64,000 bases of DNA from Methanoregula sp. (GTDB taxonomy: Archaea > Halobacteriota > Methanomicrobia > Methanomicrobiales > Methanospirillaceae), in the NCBI GenBank assembly GCA_041653075.1, contig JBAZFZ010000004.1, forward strand, positions 2,699 to 66,698. Direction: 5' to 3'. Shown here in pieces: positions 8,727 to 18,214 of the stretch; position 1 is the stretch's first letter, and each line of letters begins with the position of its first letter. A program made the translations under genes and the position numbers. Under the pieces are notes generated by a model. The model saw nothing but the letters and a program-made list of their open reading frames with translations. It did not search any database and was not told where the DNA came from.

Positions 8727-10214
8727 TCAGCGGGAGTTTTTCTGGAGGAGTGCCGCCTCCTCTGAATAGTCCGGGTGCATGACCTCTTTTATCGCAAAGC
8801 TCAGGATAAGGATCACAAAGCCGAGCATGAGCGAGAGGAGAAATGCGAGATCAAAGCCTGCCGCGAGCACTTCCCTCTGGATATCGGCAGGGGACTTCAG
8901 TGTCACCTCGTAGCTGTTTGCAATCGCAATGACCCCGACAATCAGGATGACGTTATACGCAGCTATCCCGATCGACATCGGGGCCGTCCGCTCAAGGCTT
9001 GTCAGGCTTGAAACCATCCCCGCCTTTGACTTTGAAACTGACATCATGATCATCGTCGTCACCGGGGTCACGATCAACCCGAGGCCGAATCCGATCAGCG
9101 CAAGGGCAAGCGTCACAAAGCCGGTTGATGTCTGGATAAAGAGTTTCGTCATCATGAAGTAGCCGATGATAAGCGGGATGCAGGAAAGGATGCAGAGCCG
9201 GCGGGGCCCGAGCCGGTTAAAAGCCATCCCTGCAATGAGGCCTGCAATCATCATCGCAAACGAGAGCGAGGTCATGATAAGACCTGCACTCGATGTGTCG
9301 TATCCGTGGACATACTCTAAGTAGAACGGCAGCAGGTAGCTGATCCCCGAGAAGCTGAAAAACACGAGGAACAGCAGCAGGTTGGTCAAAAAGAAGTTCC
9401 TGTCCCGGAAGAGTGCAAGGTCAAGGAGCGGGTCGGCAAGGCCGAGTTCACGATAGACAAACCCGCCGAGCGTGACTGCCGCAAGCGCAGCAGTCCCAAG
9501 AATCACCGGCGATGTTAAACCGAGCGTCAGGACCTCGGATACCACAAAGACCAGCGATGCCAGTCCGACAAAGACAAGACCTGCCCCGAGTTTGTCAAAT
9601 GCCTCCCCGCCCGCCACCGTCTGCGATGCCGGGATGACCTTTGCCCCGAGAAGGATTGCAAAGATCCCGACCGGCACATTGATGAAGAAGATCCAGTGCC
9701 AGGAGAGGTACTGGGTTAGAATGCCCCCGATGGTCGGGCCGATTGCCGTACCAAGGGCCGCAAAGAGCATGATGATGCTCATCGCCTTTCCTTTCAGTTC
9801 GGCCGGGATATATGCCGTGATCATGGCAGCCGCAACCGACATGATCATCGCCCCGCCCACCGCCTGGAAAACCCGGGATGCCACAAGCGAGGGAAATCCA
9901 AGCACGATCTCCGGCAAAAACCCGCAGAAGAACGACCCGAGCGTGAATATGGCAAACCCCGAAAGGAAGATCTTCTTGTAGCCGACGGTATCTGAGATCT
10001 TACCGAAAACGAGGATACAGCCTACCATCACGAGGAGATACGAGGTCGCGACCCAGCTCACCGTCGTTGTCGTGAGGCCAAATGATTCGGTGATCGCCGG
10101 GAGGGCGATGTTCACGATTGTCCCGTCGAGACTGGACATGAACGTTGCAAGGGATATGGATAATATGAGGAGCGTGTATCCTTTCCTGCTCCTGCGTGTA
10201 TCCGGTGATTCCAT
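8727..10214 (-). CDS. MFS drug/H+ antiporter, DHA2 (EmrB/QacA) family
   Basis: FMSSLDGTIVNIALP, GKISDTVG and WHWIFFINVPVG motifs; about 14 TM segments. Confidence 0.92.
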   Translation of the reverse strand: MESPDTRRSRKGYTLLILSISLATFMSSLDGTIVNIALPAITESFGLTTTTVSWVATSYLLVMVGCILVFGKISDTVGYKKIFLSGFAIFTLGSFFCGFLPEIVLGFPSLVASRVFQAVGGAMIMSVAAAMITAYIPAELKGKAMSIIMLFAALGTAIGPTIGGILTQYLSWHWIFFINVPVGIFAILLGAKVIPASQTVAGGEAFDKLGAGLVFVGLASLVFVVSEVLTLGLTSPVILGTAALAAVTLGGFVYRELGLADPLLDLALFRDRNFFLTNLLLFLVFFSFSGISYLLPFYLEYVHGYDTSSAGLIMTSLSFAMMIAGLIAGMAFNRLGPRRLCILSCIPLIIGYFMMTKLFIQTSTGFVTLALALIGFGLGLIVTPVTTMIMMSVSKSKAGMVSSLTSLERTAPMSIGIAAYNVILIVGVIAIANSYEVTLKSPADIQREVLAAGFDLAFLLSLMLGFVILILSFAIKEVMHPDYSEEAALLQKNSR

Positions 10215-10594
10215 TAAAGGAGATGGTTTACCGGAGACGATGAGCATTGCGGCGTGAAGTTGCCGGGAATTGTGCCGACATGCCGGTGCGTCTTTTTGCG
10301 TCCCGATACCTAAAATGTCCATTTTAATGCCCCGGATTTCAATTCCGACAAGAAAGCGTATATCCCGGGCCCAAGAGAACAACAGTATGTGGCATATACC
10401 ACAATAACTGGAAAAGGAAGTGAACTCTGACGTCAAAGAAGAATAACAAGGCTGCAGGCAAGGCCGCCGCTGCAAACGACAAGTCTGCTGCTAAGGACGC
10501 AAAGAAGAGTGCATAATCCCCCTCAATTAACCACCTTATTTTTTGAACATCACTTCTGTGTAACAAGCTCTGGCAGGCCTTGTTTTTGCATCGG

Positions 10595-11206
10595 TCACCA
10601 GTCAGTCTTGTGTGAAATCTCCCAGAGATACAGCGATGCGACCGTCCCGTACGGCGAGTACCTCTTCCGGTACCGGTCAAACGCCTCCCTTGTCAGTTCG
10701 TCAATGCCGTAGAGCATTGTCATCCCCCTCCGGATTGCAAGGTCGTTTTCACTCACAACGTCCGGCCTGCACATCGAAAAGATCAGGATCATCTCGGCAG
10801 TCCAGGTGCCGACTCCCTTAAGTGCGGTGAGCCGTGCAATAATCTCGTCATCGGAGCGTCGGGAAAGTCCGACGAGGTCGAGACTCCCGCCGGCCACTGC
10901 TTCCCCAATTCCCCGTATATAGCCTGCCTTCCTGCGTGACATCCCGCACTGCTGGATCTCTTCTTCTGAAGCGCCAGCGATAGTCCCCGGGGTGATTTCG
11001 CCAAACCGGTCCGCCATCCGGGCCCAGACCGTTTCCACCGCTTTTGCCGAGATCTGCTGGCTTGCGACATTGTAGACGAGTGCCGTAAATGTGTCGGGCA
11101 TCACCTCCCGCTCGATCATCCCGATCCGGTCGATGGCGGTCCCGAGTTTTTTGTCGCGTTTCCTGAGGTGGTCAAGCTCGGTTTGGCCGTAGGTATAGGT
11201 GCCCAT
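10595..11206 (-). CDS. alkA: DNA-3-methyladenine glycosylase II (HhH-GPD family)
   Basis: QQIS.KA, LTALKGVGTWTAEM helix-hairpin-helix, DLAIRRG, PYGTVASLYLW. Confidence 0.9.
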   Translation of the reverse strand: MGTYTYGQTELDHLRKRDKKLGTAIDRIGMIEREVMPDTFTALVYNVASQQISAKAVETVWARMADRFGEITPGTIAGASEEEIQQCGMSRRKAGYIRGIGEAVAGGSLDLVGLSRRSDDEIIARLTALKGVGTWTAEMILIFSMCRPDVVSENDLAIRRGMTMLYGIDELTREAFDRYRKRYSPYGTVASLYLWEISHKTDW

Positions 11207-11241
11207 GAGAATTGTTCCTGTTATCCCGCCGCTATCCCGGC

Positions 11242-12408
11242 TTACCGCATCGCCATCTTGCGCATCAGCGCCATGACTCCCGACTTTTGCGGTTTTCGCG
11301 CTGTGGCACCGGGCACCCCAAATGCGTCCATCTCCATCATCGGTGTGTCAAACATTTCCTTGTCGAGCCGGCTCCCGATCTCTTCAAAGATCCGTTTATA
11401 CGCGGTGCAGTGAGGATCGACGCCTTCGATCCTTCCCGGGGTCGGGGCCATCGCGTTGTACGGACATCCCCCCCGGCAGTACCGGATGTGCCTGCAGTCT
11501 TTGCAGGCCGTGTCCACGTAGTCCTTGAAGCCCAGCATCATTGTTCCCGCCGGCGACGCCATGAGCGTTTCAAGGGACGGGTGGTCGGCGACGTTCCCCA
11601 TCACAAACTCCGGCATCCCGATAAACCGGTAGCACGGGTAGATGTTCCCGTCCGGTCCGATGGCAAAGGTGCTTCCCATGCAGTCCACGTACGTGCAGAC
11701 GCTTCCGTGCCGGGTAAAGATGCACCGGCACAGGTCGCTGATGTTCATCACCTCGATGTCGTTGATATGTTCGAGCGACTGGTCGAGGAGATACACGAGC
11801 AGGTTCCCGTATTCGGCAGGTTCAAGTGCCCATTCTTTCGGGTTCTCCGATTTGAGCGACGGGAGTGCCGGGTGGAGCTTGAGCGTGAACCCCTGCTGAA
11901 GAAAGAAGTTAAAAATCTCGTCCCGCTGTTTGACGGACTTGTTCGTGAACGTGCAGATGAACCGGACATCAAGGCCGTGCTCCTTTGCGACCCGGTAGCC
12001 GTTCATCGTTTTCCGGAAGTACCCATCCCCCCGCTGCGAATCGGTGATCACTTCCGGGCCGTCAATGCTTGAACCGATCGGGACCCGGTACTCTGCAAGG
12101 GTATCTGCGATCTCCGGGGTCATGAGCCAGAGGTTGGTTTGCATAGCAAAGTCAGGGTGCATGCGGGGCAGGCCGTCAGCGAGCAGGGGCAGGGCTTCCC
12201 GGTAGAAGCCGGCCCCGGCAAGGAGCGGTTCGCCGCCGTGGAAGGTGAACGTCACCCGGTCCCGGTCGAGGTCTTTTAACCATTCCACGATGTCCCGGAC
12301 GGTCTGTGTCGTCATCACCGGCGAGCCGACTTCGGAACTCCAGCAGTATTTGCATTTCGAAGGACAGCCCAGCGTCGGGATGATCATCACGTGGAACGGG
12401 TTTTTCAT
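11242..12408 (-). CDS. Radical SAM/SPASM enzyme (anaerobic sulfatase maturase-like, putative peptide-modifying, Mhun_1560-like)
   Basis: CPSKCKYC; FHGGEPLL; QTN; SIDGP; SPASM cysteines including CKDCRHIRYCRGGC. Confidence 0.88.
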   Translation of the reverse strand: MKNPFHVMIIPTLGCPSKCKYCWSSEVGSPVMTTQTVRDIVEWLKDLDRDRVTFTFHGGEPLLAGAGFYREALPLLADGLPRMHPDFAMQTNLWLMTPEIADTLAEYRVPIGSSIDGPEVITDSQRGDGYFRKTMNGYRVAKEHGLDVRFICTFTNKSVKQRDEIFNFFLQQGFTLKLHPALPSLKSENPKEWALEPAEYGNLLVYLLDQSLEHINDIEVMNISDLCRCIFTRHGSVCTYVDCMGSTFAIGPDGNIYPCYRFIGMPEFVMGNVADHPSLETLMASPAGTMMLGFKDYVDTACKDCRHIRYCRGGCPYNAMAPTPGRIEGVDPHCTAYKRIFEEIGSRLDKEMFDTPMMEMDAFGVPGATARKPQKSGVMALMRKMAMR

Positions 12409-12526
12409 GATACAAGAATCTGCCCGTTGTTCCTGTATAACCGTTCCCATTTTTTCTGGAATACAAAAAGGTCTCTGCCGGGACCGTCGCGGGCTAAAGA
12501 AAAGACAAAACGAGGTGGTATCCGGT

Positions 12527-12871
12527 TCAGAGTCCGGCGGGGATTGTTTCCTGGTCGGCCATGGCGCCGCTCATTTCCTGCTCCCGGCGTTTCTGGGCCG
12601 GGCATCCGTCACGCAGGACAATCATGTAGCGGTAGCCTCTCGCTTTTTCCGGCAGGTCCTCCGGAATGCGTTCGATCTTGTGAACGACGTAGGGGAACCG
12701 GACAAACGGTCCCTGTTCGAGCCGGCGCAAAAATGCAGAGACGGTCGTTCCCTGGTACCGCGTCAGCTCAAACCGGCTGCGGAGTTCTTTGACCGTGACC
12801 CACCGGGCCGTGGTGCCGGATTCTTCCATGTATTGTTCGACCAGTTCGGGGATCCCGGAATATTTTTTCAT
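12527..12871 (-). CDS. Hypothetical protein, possibly winged-helix
   Basis: GGTGAG RBS; WVTVKELRSRF...TVSAFLRRL resembles a helix-turn-helix. Confidence 0.6.
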   Translation of the reverse strand: MKKYSGIPELVEQYMEESGTTARWVTVKELRSRFELTRYQGTTVSAFLRRLEQGPFVRFPYVVHKIERIPEDLPEKARGYRYMIVLRDGCPAQKRREQEMSGAMADQETIPAGL

Positions 12872-13030
12872 TGGTATCTCACCGGTGAGGTATCCTGGCA
12901 GTTGTTAAAGGGGTGCAAGGGGTTCCTGGTTCCCGATATTGTATCACGGGCGGGGCAATTGAGGTATGGCAGAATTTTTGCCCTGCCCGTGCACGGTCCA
13001 TCGGGGATATGTGCAAAAGGCGTGCCCGGA

Positions 13031-13375
13031 TCAGGAGCACTCGTGCGAATGGTCGCAGCTGCTCTTGCCCGGGGAGATCTTTCCGTTGATGAAGTCCTGG
13101 ATGACCGTATCGACGGGCCCGGTGACCCCGAGGATTACATCGATGTTGTTCTGGCAGAACAGGTTGACTGCTGCCGGGCCCATCCCGCCGGCAAGGACAT
13201 GGGTTACCTTGTGTTCGGCAAGGAGCGCCGGAAGTTTTCCCGGTTCATGGCCGGGGCTCTTGAGGAGCTCGGTCTTTGTGACCGTCTTGTTCTCGATATC
13301 GTACAGGGCATATTCCGGGCAATGCCCGAAATGCTGTGAAACTGAGTTTCCTTCTTTTGCAATCGCGACTTTCAT
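13031..13375 (-). CDS. NifB/NifX (dinitrogenase FeMo-cofactor-binding) family protein
   Basis: MKVAIA...HFGHCPEY, AGGMGP, C-terminal CDH. Confidence 0.9.
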   Translation of the reverse strand: MKVAIAKEGNSVSQHFGHCPEYALYDIENKTVTKTELLKSPGHEPGKLPALLAEHKVTHVLAGGMGPAAVNLFCQNNIDVILGVTGPVDTVIQDFINGKISPGKSSCDHSHECS

Positions 13376-13410
13376 GGTTATCCTCTAAAAAGATGTTTTT
13401 TTAAAAAAAA

Positions 13411-13668
13411 TCACTGGCAGCAGCGGCGTCCGCCGGCATGAACATGCCCGTGACCGCACCCGCAGGGAATTCCCCCGCGTCCTGCTCCGTAGAATGGCTG
13501 TCGGGTTTCCCCGGTTGCTGCGTCCGGCTCTCCGGGAAGGATGGCGCCGGCAGCGTCAGGGGTACGGAGTTCTGCCCCCTGCATCTCCTGGTGCATGTGG
13601 CAACCCCCCCGGCCGCGGCCGGTCAGCATCCCCGTTCCCCGGGGACCAGTTCTGTTATATCCTGGCAT
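13411..13668 (-). CDS. DUF5320-like small Gly/Arg/Cys-rich protein
   Basis: MPGYNRTGPRGTGMLTGRGRGGC N-terminal signature; GGAGG RBS. Confidence 0.8.
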   Translation of the reverse strand: MPGYNRTGPRGTGMLTGRGRGGCHMHQEMQGAELRTPDAAGAILPGEPDAATGETRQPFYGAGRGGIPCGCGHGHVHAGGRRCCQ

Positions 13669-13704
13669 ATGGTTTCCTCCAGGTGCTTGTGTCTGGCACC
13701 TTAA

Positions 13705-13731
13705 TTACACATATGCGCATAAATATTTAAA
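13705..13731 (-). promoter_or_regulatory. TATA box plus conserved operator (copy 1)
   Basis: Minus strand reads TTTAAATATTTATGCGCATATGTGTAA; near-identical to the copies at 16341 and 18144. Confidence 0.75.
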
Positions 13732-13774
13732 ATCTTGTGATCCGGCAACCGTAATGCAGGGCAGGATCATTCCC

Positions 13775-14218
13775 TTATTCCCTGTCCTGTGCCCGGGTTT
13801 CATCCCCGTCATATGTTGCCTGCTCACCATGACAGCCCCGGTGCCGGGTCTTTTTACAGCCATCCCCTTCGTTTTTCGGGCATCGTCCGTCAACCATCCG
13901 GGTGCATCTGGCCATGTGGATGGATTTGCCGTTGACGATGGCATCGGTGATCTTGCGGTGGGCTTCGTGGATATCCCGCCAGATGGTCTTGCGGGAGACC
14001 CCGAGAACCGCGGCTGCCTGCTCCTGTTCGAGCTCCTGGAGATCGATTAAGGTCAGTGCCGCCATCTCTTCTGGAAGGAGGGTGACGGACTCCTCTTCGT
14101 TTTCCGGTTTGCACTGCGGCGCATAGCACCGGCCCGGGGGATCGCCCATGAGCGACCGGTTCAGGCGCGGTCTTCCCCTCTTGCGGCAGTACTGTGTGTT
14201 TTCATTATCAGGTTCCAT
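13775..14218 (-). CDS. DUF134 family putative HTH regulator with Cys-rich tail
   Basis: GRPR; EEMAALTLIDLQELEQEQAAAVLGVSRKTIWRDIHEAHRKITDAIVNGKSI. Confidence 0.9.
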   Translation of the reverse strand: MEPDNENTQYCRKRGRPRLNRSLMGDPPGRCYAPQCKPENEEESVTLLPEEMAALTLIDLQELEQEQAAAVLGVSRKTIWRDIHEAHRKITDAIVNGKSIHMARCTRMVDGRCPKNEGDGCKKTRHRGCHGEQATYDGDETRAQDRE

Positions 14219-15086
14219 GGTGGCTCACCTCCTTCTGGAGTTTTTCTGCAATCGACCGGATGGCCTGAGCGGCCGGTGAATCAGCGTCCCGTGTAACCGG
14301 GATCCCCTCCCGTGCATGGGAAAGGACCGCCGGGTCAAACGGGATCGTGCCGATGACGGTAAGCCCCTGTTGCCTGCACCAGGCTTTGATTGCCTCTGTA
14401 TGACCGCAGTCGAGATCGAACCGGTTGATGGCGACAAAGATTTGGGGTTTGAACCTGCGGCAGACCGCAACGACCCGTTCGAGGTCGTGGATTCCGGAAA
14501 CGCTTGGTTCGGTGACGATGAGGACCGCATCGGTACCGCTCGCCGTAGATATAAGCGGGCAGCCGGTGCCCGGAGGACCGTCGATCAGGAAAAGGTCCCG
14601 TTCGGGGTTTTCCCTGACTGCGCGGGCCTTGACTGCATGGACGAGCAGCCCGGAGTTTCCTTCCCCCGGTTCGAGCCGGGCGCTTGTAAGGTTCCCCCGG
14701 GATGTGCGGGATGAGATGACCTCTCCGGCCCGGTGGTCGTAGAGCGCGACCGCACCGGCGGGGCAGACCTGGACACAGACGCCGCAGCCTTCACACCTGA
14801 ACAAGTCGATCTGGTAATTTCCGTCATCTGCAAGGACCGCTCCGAACCGGCAGTGTGCCCTGCATGTGTCGCACGATGTGCATTTTTCAGGATCGATTGT
14901 GGCTTTCTTCATCCCTGTGAACGGTTCCGACCCGATTGTTTCGGGAGACAGGTAAAGCCCGAGGTTTGCCGCATCGACATCGCAGTCCGCAAGCACAAGG
15001 GGCCCGGGAAGGATCTCTGCAAGGGCGGCGGTGACCATGGTCTTCCCGGTCCCGCCTTTCCCGCTGATGACCGCGATCCGGATCAT
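14208..15086 (-). CDS. MinD-like P-loop ATPase with inserted 2x[4Fe-4S] domain
   Basis: SGKGGTGKT; DCDVDAANL; CxxCxxCxxxC twice; DGPPGTGCP. Confidence 0.92.
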   Translation of the reverse strand: MIRIAVISGKGGTGKTMVTAALAEILPGPLVLADCDVDAANLGLYLSPETIGSEPFTGMKKATIDPEKCTSCDTCRAHCRFGAVLADDGNYQIDLFRCEGCGVCVQVCPAGAVALYDHRAGEVISSRTSRGNLTSARLEPGEGNSGLLVHAVKARAVRENPERDLFLIDGPPGTGCPLISTASGTDAVLIVTEPSVSGIHDLERVVAVCRRFKPQIFVAINRFDLDCGHTEAIKAWCRQQGLTVIGTIPFDPAVLSHAREGIPVTRDADSPAAQAIRSIAEKLQKEVSHHGT

Positions 15087-15940
15087 GGTGCCTGCCTCCC
15101 GGAAAGTCCCCTGCAATTTTGCCAGAGGGCAAGGAAGGATCTCTCCCAGGCCGGCTGCTCCTGTGCGAGCAGGTGGCCCCCGCACTGAATCGCCGCGATC
15201 TCACGGTTGAACGGGATGGTCAGCAGTACGTCAAGGTCCTGTTCTGCGCAGAAATCAAGGACCGGCTGGTTGTTTCCATCGCTCCGGTTGATAATGACTC
15301 CTGCGGGAATCCCCAGTTTCAGGGTAACATCAAAGGCAAGCCGGAGATCGTGGAGTCCCGAAGGTGTTGATTCCGTGACAAGGAGACAGGCATCGCACCC
15401 TTCAAGCGTTTCAACGACCGGGCATGATATTCCGGGCGCACAGTCATAGATGATACTGCCATTTGTACCGGCGGCATCTTTTGCTGCCCGGATGACCGGC
15501 ACAACCTGTGAACCCCCGATATCGAGCCGGCCGGTAATGAGCCTGAGCTGACGTGCCGGTGTCGCAAGACTGACCGATCCGATCCTTTTATTCTCTTCGC
15601 TGATTGCATGGTCCGGGCAGATCAGCATGCACCCTCCGCAGGAATGGCAGAGCTCTGGGAAAAAGAGGATCCGGTCAGCAAGCGCTGTCAGGGCACCATA
15701 CTGGCAGAACTCAGCGCACTTCCTGCAACGAGTACATACCTCTGAGTTTATGACCGGGACCGGAAGCGTCACATCCCGCGATGTGGAAACAGCAGGGAAG
15801 AACAGGTGAAGATTGGGCGCCTCGGCATCGCAGTCGACAAGGGTCACCGGTTCGGTCGCGGCGAGTACGGATGCGAGGTTTGCGGCAACCATGGTCTTTC
15901 CGGTCCCGCCCTTTCCGCTTGCAACGGCAAGTTTCATCAT
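15083..15940 (-). CDS. MinD-like P-loop ATPase with inserted 2x[4Fe-4S] domain (paralogue)
   Basis: SGKGGTGKT; DCDAEAPNL; CTRCRKCAEFC and CHSCGGCMLICP. Confidence 0.92.
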   Translation of the reverse strand: MMKLAVASGKGGTGKTMVAANLASVLAATEPVTLVDCDAEAPNLHLFFPAVSTSRDVTLPVPVINSEVCTRCRKCAEFCQYGALTALADRILFFPELCHSCGGCMLICPDHAISEENKRIGSVSLATPARQLRLITGRLDIGGSQVVPVIRAAKDAAGTNGSIIYDCAPGISCPVVETLEGCDACLLVTESTPSGLHDLRLAFDVTLKLGIPAGVIINRSDGNNQPVLDFCAEQDLDVLLTIPFNREIAAIQCGGHLLAQEQPAWERSFLALWQNCRGLSGRQAP

Positions 15941-15987
15941 TTGTTCCCGGGGATCATTCTGGTCCTCCTATGAATCTGGCGTGTCCA

Positions 15988-16326
15988 TTAGTCCCCGGTC
16001 TTCTCAAGTGAGTTCTTTTTAAACGCATCGAGTGCGTCTCTGACCGTTGCGCACCCCTGGGAAGAGTACTGGGCAATGCCGGCAGCAGAGAGGGCTTCTT
16101 TTGCGTTTCCCCCGACCGGGCCGCTCACGAGCGCCCCGGCCTTATGTTCTGCGACAAGGCCTGCAGCCTTTGGCCCGACACCTCCGGCGCCGTCTGCGAA
16201 CGGGTTTTTGACAGCTTCAATCGCTCCTGTTTCGGTATCCGCCATGATATAATATGGCGCCCTTCCAAACCGCTCCTCGACCGGGGAATCTGGGGCCGGT
16301 CCCTGTGCTGTGATGCAGATCTTCAT
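15988..16326 (-). CDS. NifB/NifX family protein
   Basis: MKICITAQG...RFGRAPYY; true start at ATG 16326 within the longer computed ORF. Confidence 0.88.
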   Translation of the reverse strand: MKICITAQGPAPDSPVEERFGRAPYYIMADTETGAIEAVKNPFADGAGGVGPKAAGLVAEHKAGALVSGPVGGNAKEALSAAGIAQYSSQGCATVRDALDAFKKNSLEKTGD

Positions 16327-16340
16327 GGTATTCACGTTTA

Positions 16341-16368
16341 TTACGCATATGCGCATAAATAATTTAAA
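16341..16368 (-). promoter_or_regulatory. TATA box plus conserved operator (copy 2)
   Basis: Minus strand reads TTTAAATTATTTATGCGCATATGCGTAA, 14 nt before the NifX start. Confidence 0.75.
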
Positions 16369-16470
16369 CCATCGCCTCTTACCACGTACAGCGACGATCC
16401 GGGAGGCTCTCTGGTGATCGGCATCAGGCAGGTCCGCTTTGATGTCTCCCGTCGTTTTTGGAAGTATACC

Positions 16471-17223
16471 ATGAACTCGTATCCTATCATCGACGATCTG
16501 CTGGCAGGACTGCCCGAAGAACCGGTACCGGTCCGGTCGGTCCTTGTGGGTGCGCACTGGACTGCGGTATGCAGTACCGGCTGCGGCCTTGCGACAACCA
16601 TTGCCGGGGACACCCCGCATGATCACAAAACCCTGGTCCGGGGGGTCGGACATCTTCACGAAAAGACCGCACAGGAACTTGCGGCCTATGCCCTCTCGGA
16701 AAATCCTCTCGAAGCAAGTATTGGGGTCGCTGCAATCAACTCCCTGCTTGCGGTCGATGAGCGTGATGCAGTCGAGATAAATGCGGCTGAAGTGCTCATG
16801 AAACGCGGAGCCAAAAAAAACATCGCGCTTGTCGGTCATTTCCCGTTCATCCCCCGGCTTCGCACGGTTGCAGGAAACCTCTGGGTTCTCGAACAGCACC
16901 CGACAGGGGATGATTTTCCGGCAGAGGCTGCAGGGGACCTCATCCCGAAGGCAGATCTCGTTGCCCTCACGGCAAGTGCGCTTATCAACCATACGATGGA
17001 CTCGCTGCTTGGCCTCTGTAAGCCCGATGCCCAGGTCCTCATTCTCGGGCCAAGCACGCCCCTCTCCCCGGTGCTTTTCGATCACGGGGCGACGATCATA
17101 GCCGGATCACGGGTTATCGATGAAACGACCGTTCTTTCTGCGGTCGGGCAGGGCGCAACGTTCCAGCAGGTCCGGGGTGTCCGGCTGCTCTCGTTTACCC
17201 GGCCGGGGACCGGGGCGATCTGA
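16471..17223 (+). CDS. DUF364/DUF4213 family protein (Rossmann-like, putative metal or pterin binding)
   Basis: ASIGVAAINSL, VGHFPF, TASALINHT, LGPSTPLSP. Confidence 0.85.
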   Translation: MNSYPIIDDLLAGLPEEPVPVRSVLVGAHWTAVCSTGCGLATTIAGDTPHDHKTLVRGVGHLHEKTAQELAAYALSENPLEASIGVAAINSLLAVDERDAVEINAAEVLMKRGAKKNIALVGHFPFIPRLRTVAGNLWVLEQHPTGDDFPAEAAGDLIPKADLVALTASALINHTMDSLLGLCKPDAQVLILGPSTPLSPVLFDHGATIIAGSRVIDETTVLSAVGQGATFQQVRGVRLLSFTRPGTGAI

Positions 17224-17289
17224 TGCAGGATGGCGGGAAATATCCATGAATACAGCAAAGGAAACCTTACAGCAGGAGTGATGACAGTT

Positions 17290-17790
17290 ATGGCCACCAA
17301 ACCCGATCAGCAATCATTCACCTTTCAGCCGATAGGAATCATCCATTCCCCGTTTTCCGATATTGCCGGGATGCCTATCCAGCCAAGCGGGGCCAGGGGA
17401 ATAAAGGGCACCATCGAGATTCGCCCGGAGCTTACCGAAGGACTCCGGGATCTCGGGGATTTCTCCCGGATCATCATGATCTATGCCTTCCACCGGTGCA
17501 GTGACTATTCGCTCCTGGTAAAACCGTTCCTTGATCCGACCCCCCATGGTGTTTTTGCCACGAGGGCCCCAAAAAGGCCAAATGCCATCGGGCTTTCCAT
17601 TGTGCGTCTTACCGGGATCAAAGGGAACATCATTGATATCGAGGATGTAGATGTCCTTGACGGAACCCCGGTTCTTGACATCAAGCCGTATGTGCCGGCC
17701 TTTGATTCGTACAGCGATGCAAAAGCCGGCTGGCTCGACAGTACTTCCAAAAATGCGGTTTCGTTCAAATCGGACAACCGGTTCCGATGA
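17290..17790 (+). CDS. tsaA: tRNA m6t6A37 methyltransferase TrmO/TsaA family
   Basis: PIGIIHSPF, GVFATRAPKRPNAIGLS, DGTPVLDIKPY. Confidence 0.9.
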   Translation: MATKPDQQSFTFQPIGIIHSPFSDIAGMPIQPSGARGIKGTIEIRPELTEGLRDLGDFSRIIMIYAFHRCSDYSLLVKPFLDPTPHGVFATRAPKRPNAIGLSIVRLTGIKGNIIDIEDVDVLDGTPVLDIKPYVPAFDSYSDAKAGWLDSTSKNAVSFKSDNRFR

Positions 17791-17806
17791 TGCTGGCGTT
17801 ACGGGG

Positions 17807-18124
17807 TTACCCCGGCATCATCGCTTCCAGTGCGTCTGCTGCCGAACCTGTGCCGGTAAAGACCAGGGTCAGGATACCTGAACCGTTGAGGAGGGCCCTT
17901 GCATTATCCCCGATCTCCCCGGTGATCACGGCTTTTATCCCGTTCATCTTCAGCAGATCTACCGCATTCCTCCCTATACCGCTGTCGCTGATGACAAATC
18001 CGTTCCTGACCCCTTCGCTCCGGCCGGTTTTGGTATCATGGAAGATAAAATAGGGTGCCCGCGCAAAATGATGTTCAAATACACTGTCCAGGGTGGGCCC
18101 TTGTGCGGTTATGCAGATCTTCAT
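17807..18124 (-). CDS. NifB/NifX family protein
   Basis: MKICITAQG...HFARAPYF, ITGEIG; paralogue of 15988-16326. Confidence 0.88.
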   Translation of the reverse strand: MKICITAQGPTLDSVFEHHFARAPYFIFHDTKTGRSEGVRNGFVISDSGIGRNAVDLLKMNGIKAVITGEIGDNARALLNGSGILTLVFTGTGSAADALEAMMPG

Positions 18125-18143
18125 AGTGTTCCTCCGGTAATAT

Positions 18144-18171
18144 TTCTCATATGCGCAAAAATAAATAAACC
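18144..18171 (-). promoter_or_regulatory. TATA box plus conserved operator (copy 3)
   Basis: Minus strand reads GGTTTATTTATTTTTGCGCATATGAGAA, upstream of the third NifX gene. Confidence 0.7.
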
Positions 18172-18214
18172 TGACGGTTGTACAACTTCTGCAGGTTCAT
18201 GAGCGTGAATTTCC

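Noticed and set aside
12245-13339. Long antisense ORFs (364 aa here; also 27325-28134, 33182-34249, 59618-60517 and others)
   Set aside because: They are shadows of well-supported genes on the opposite strand in GC-rich DNA and have no recognisable motifs.
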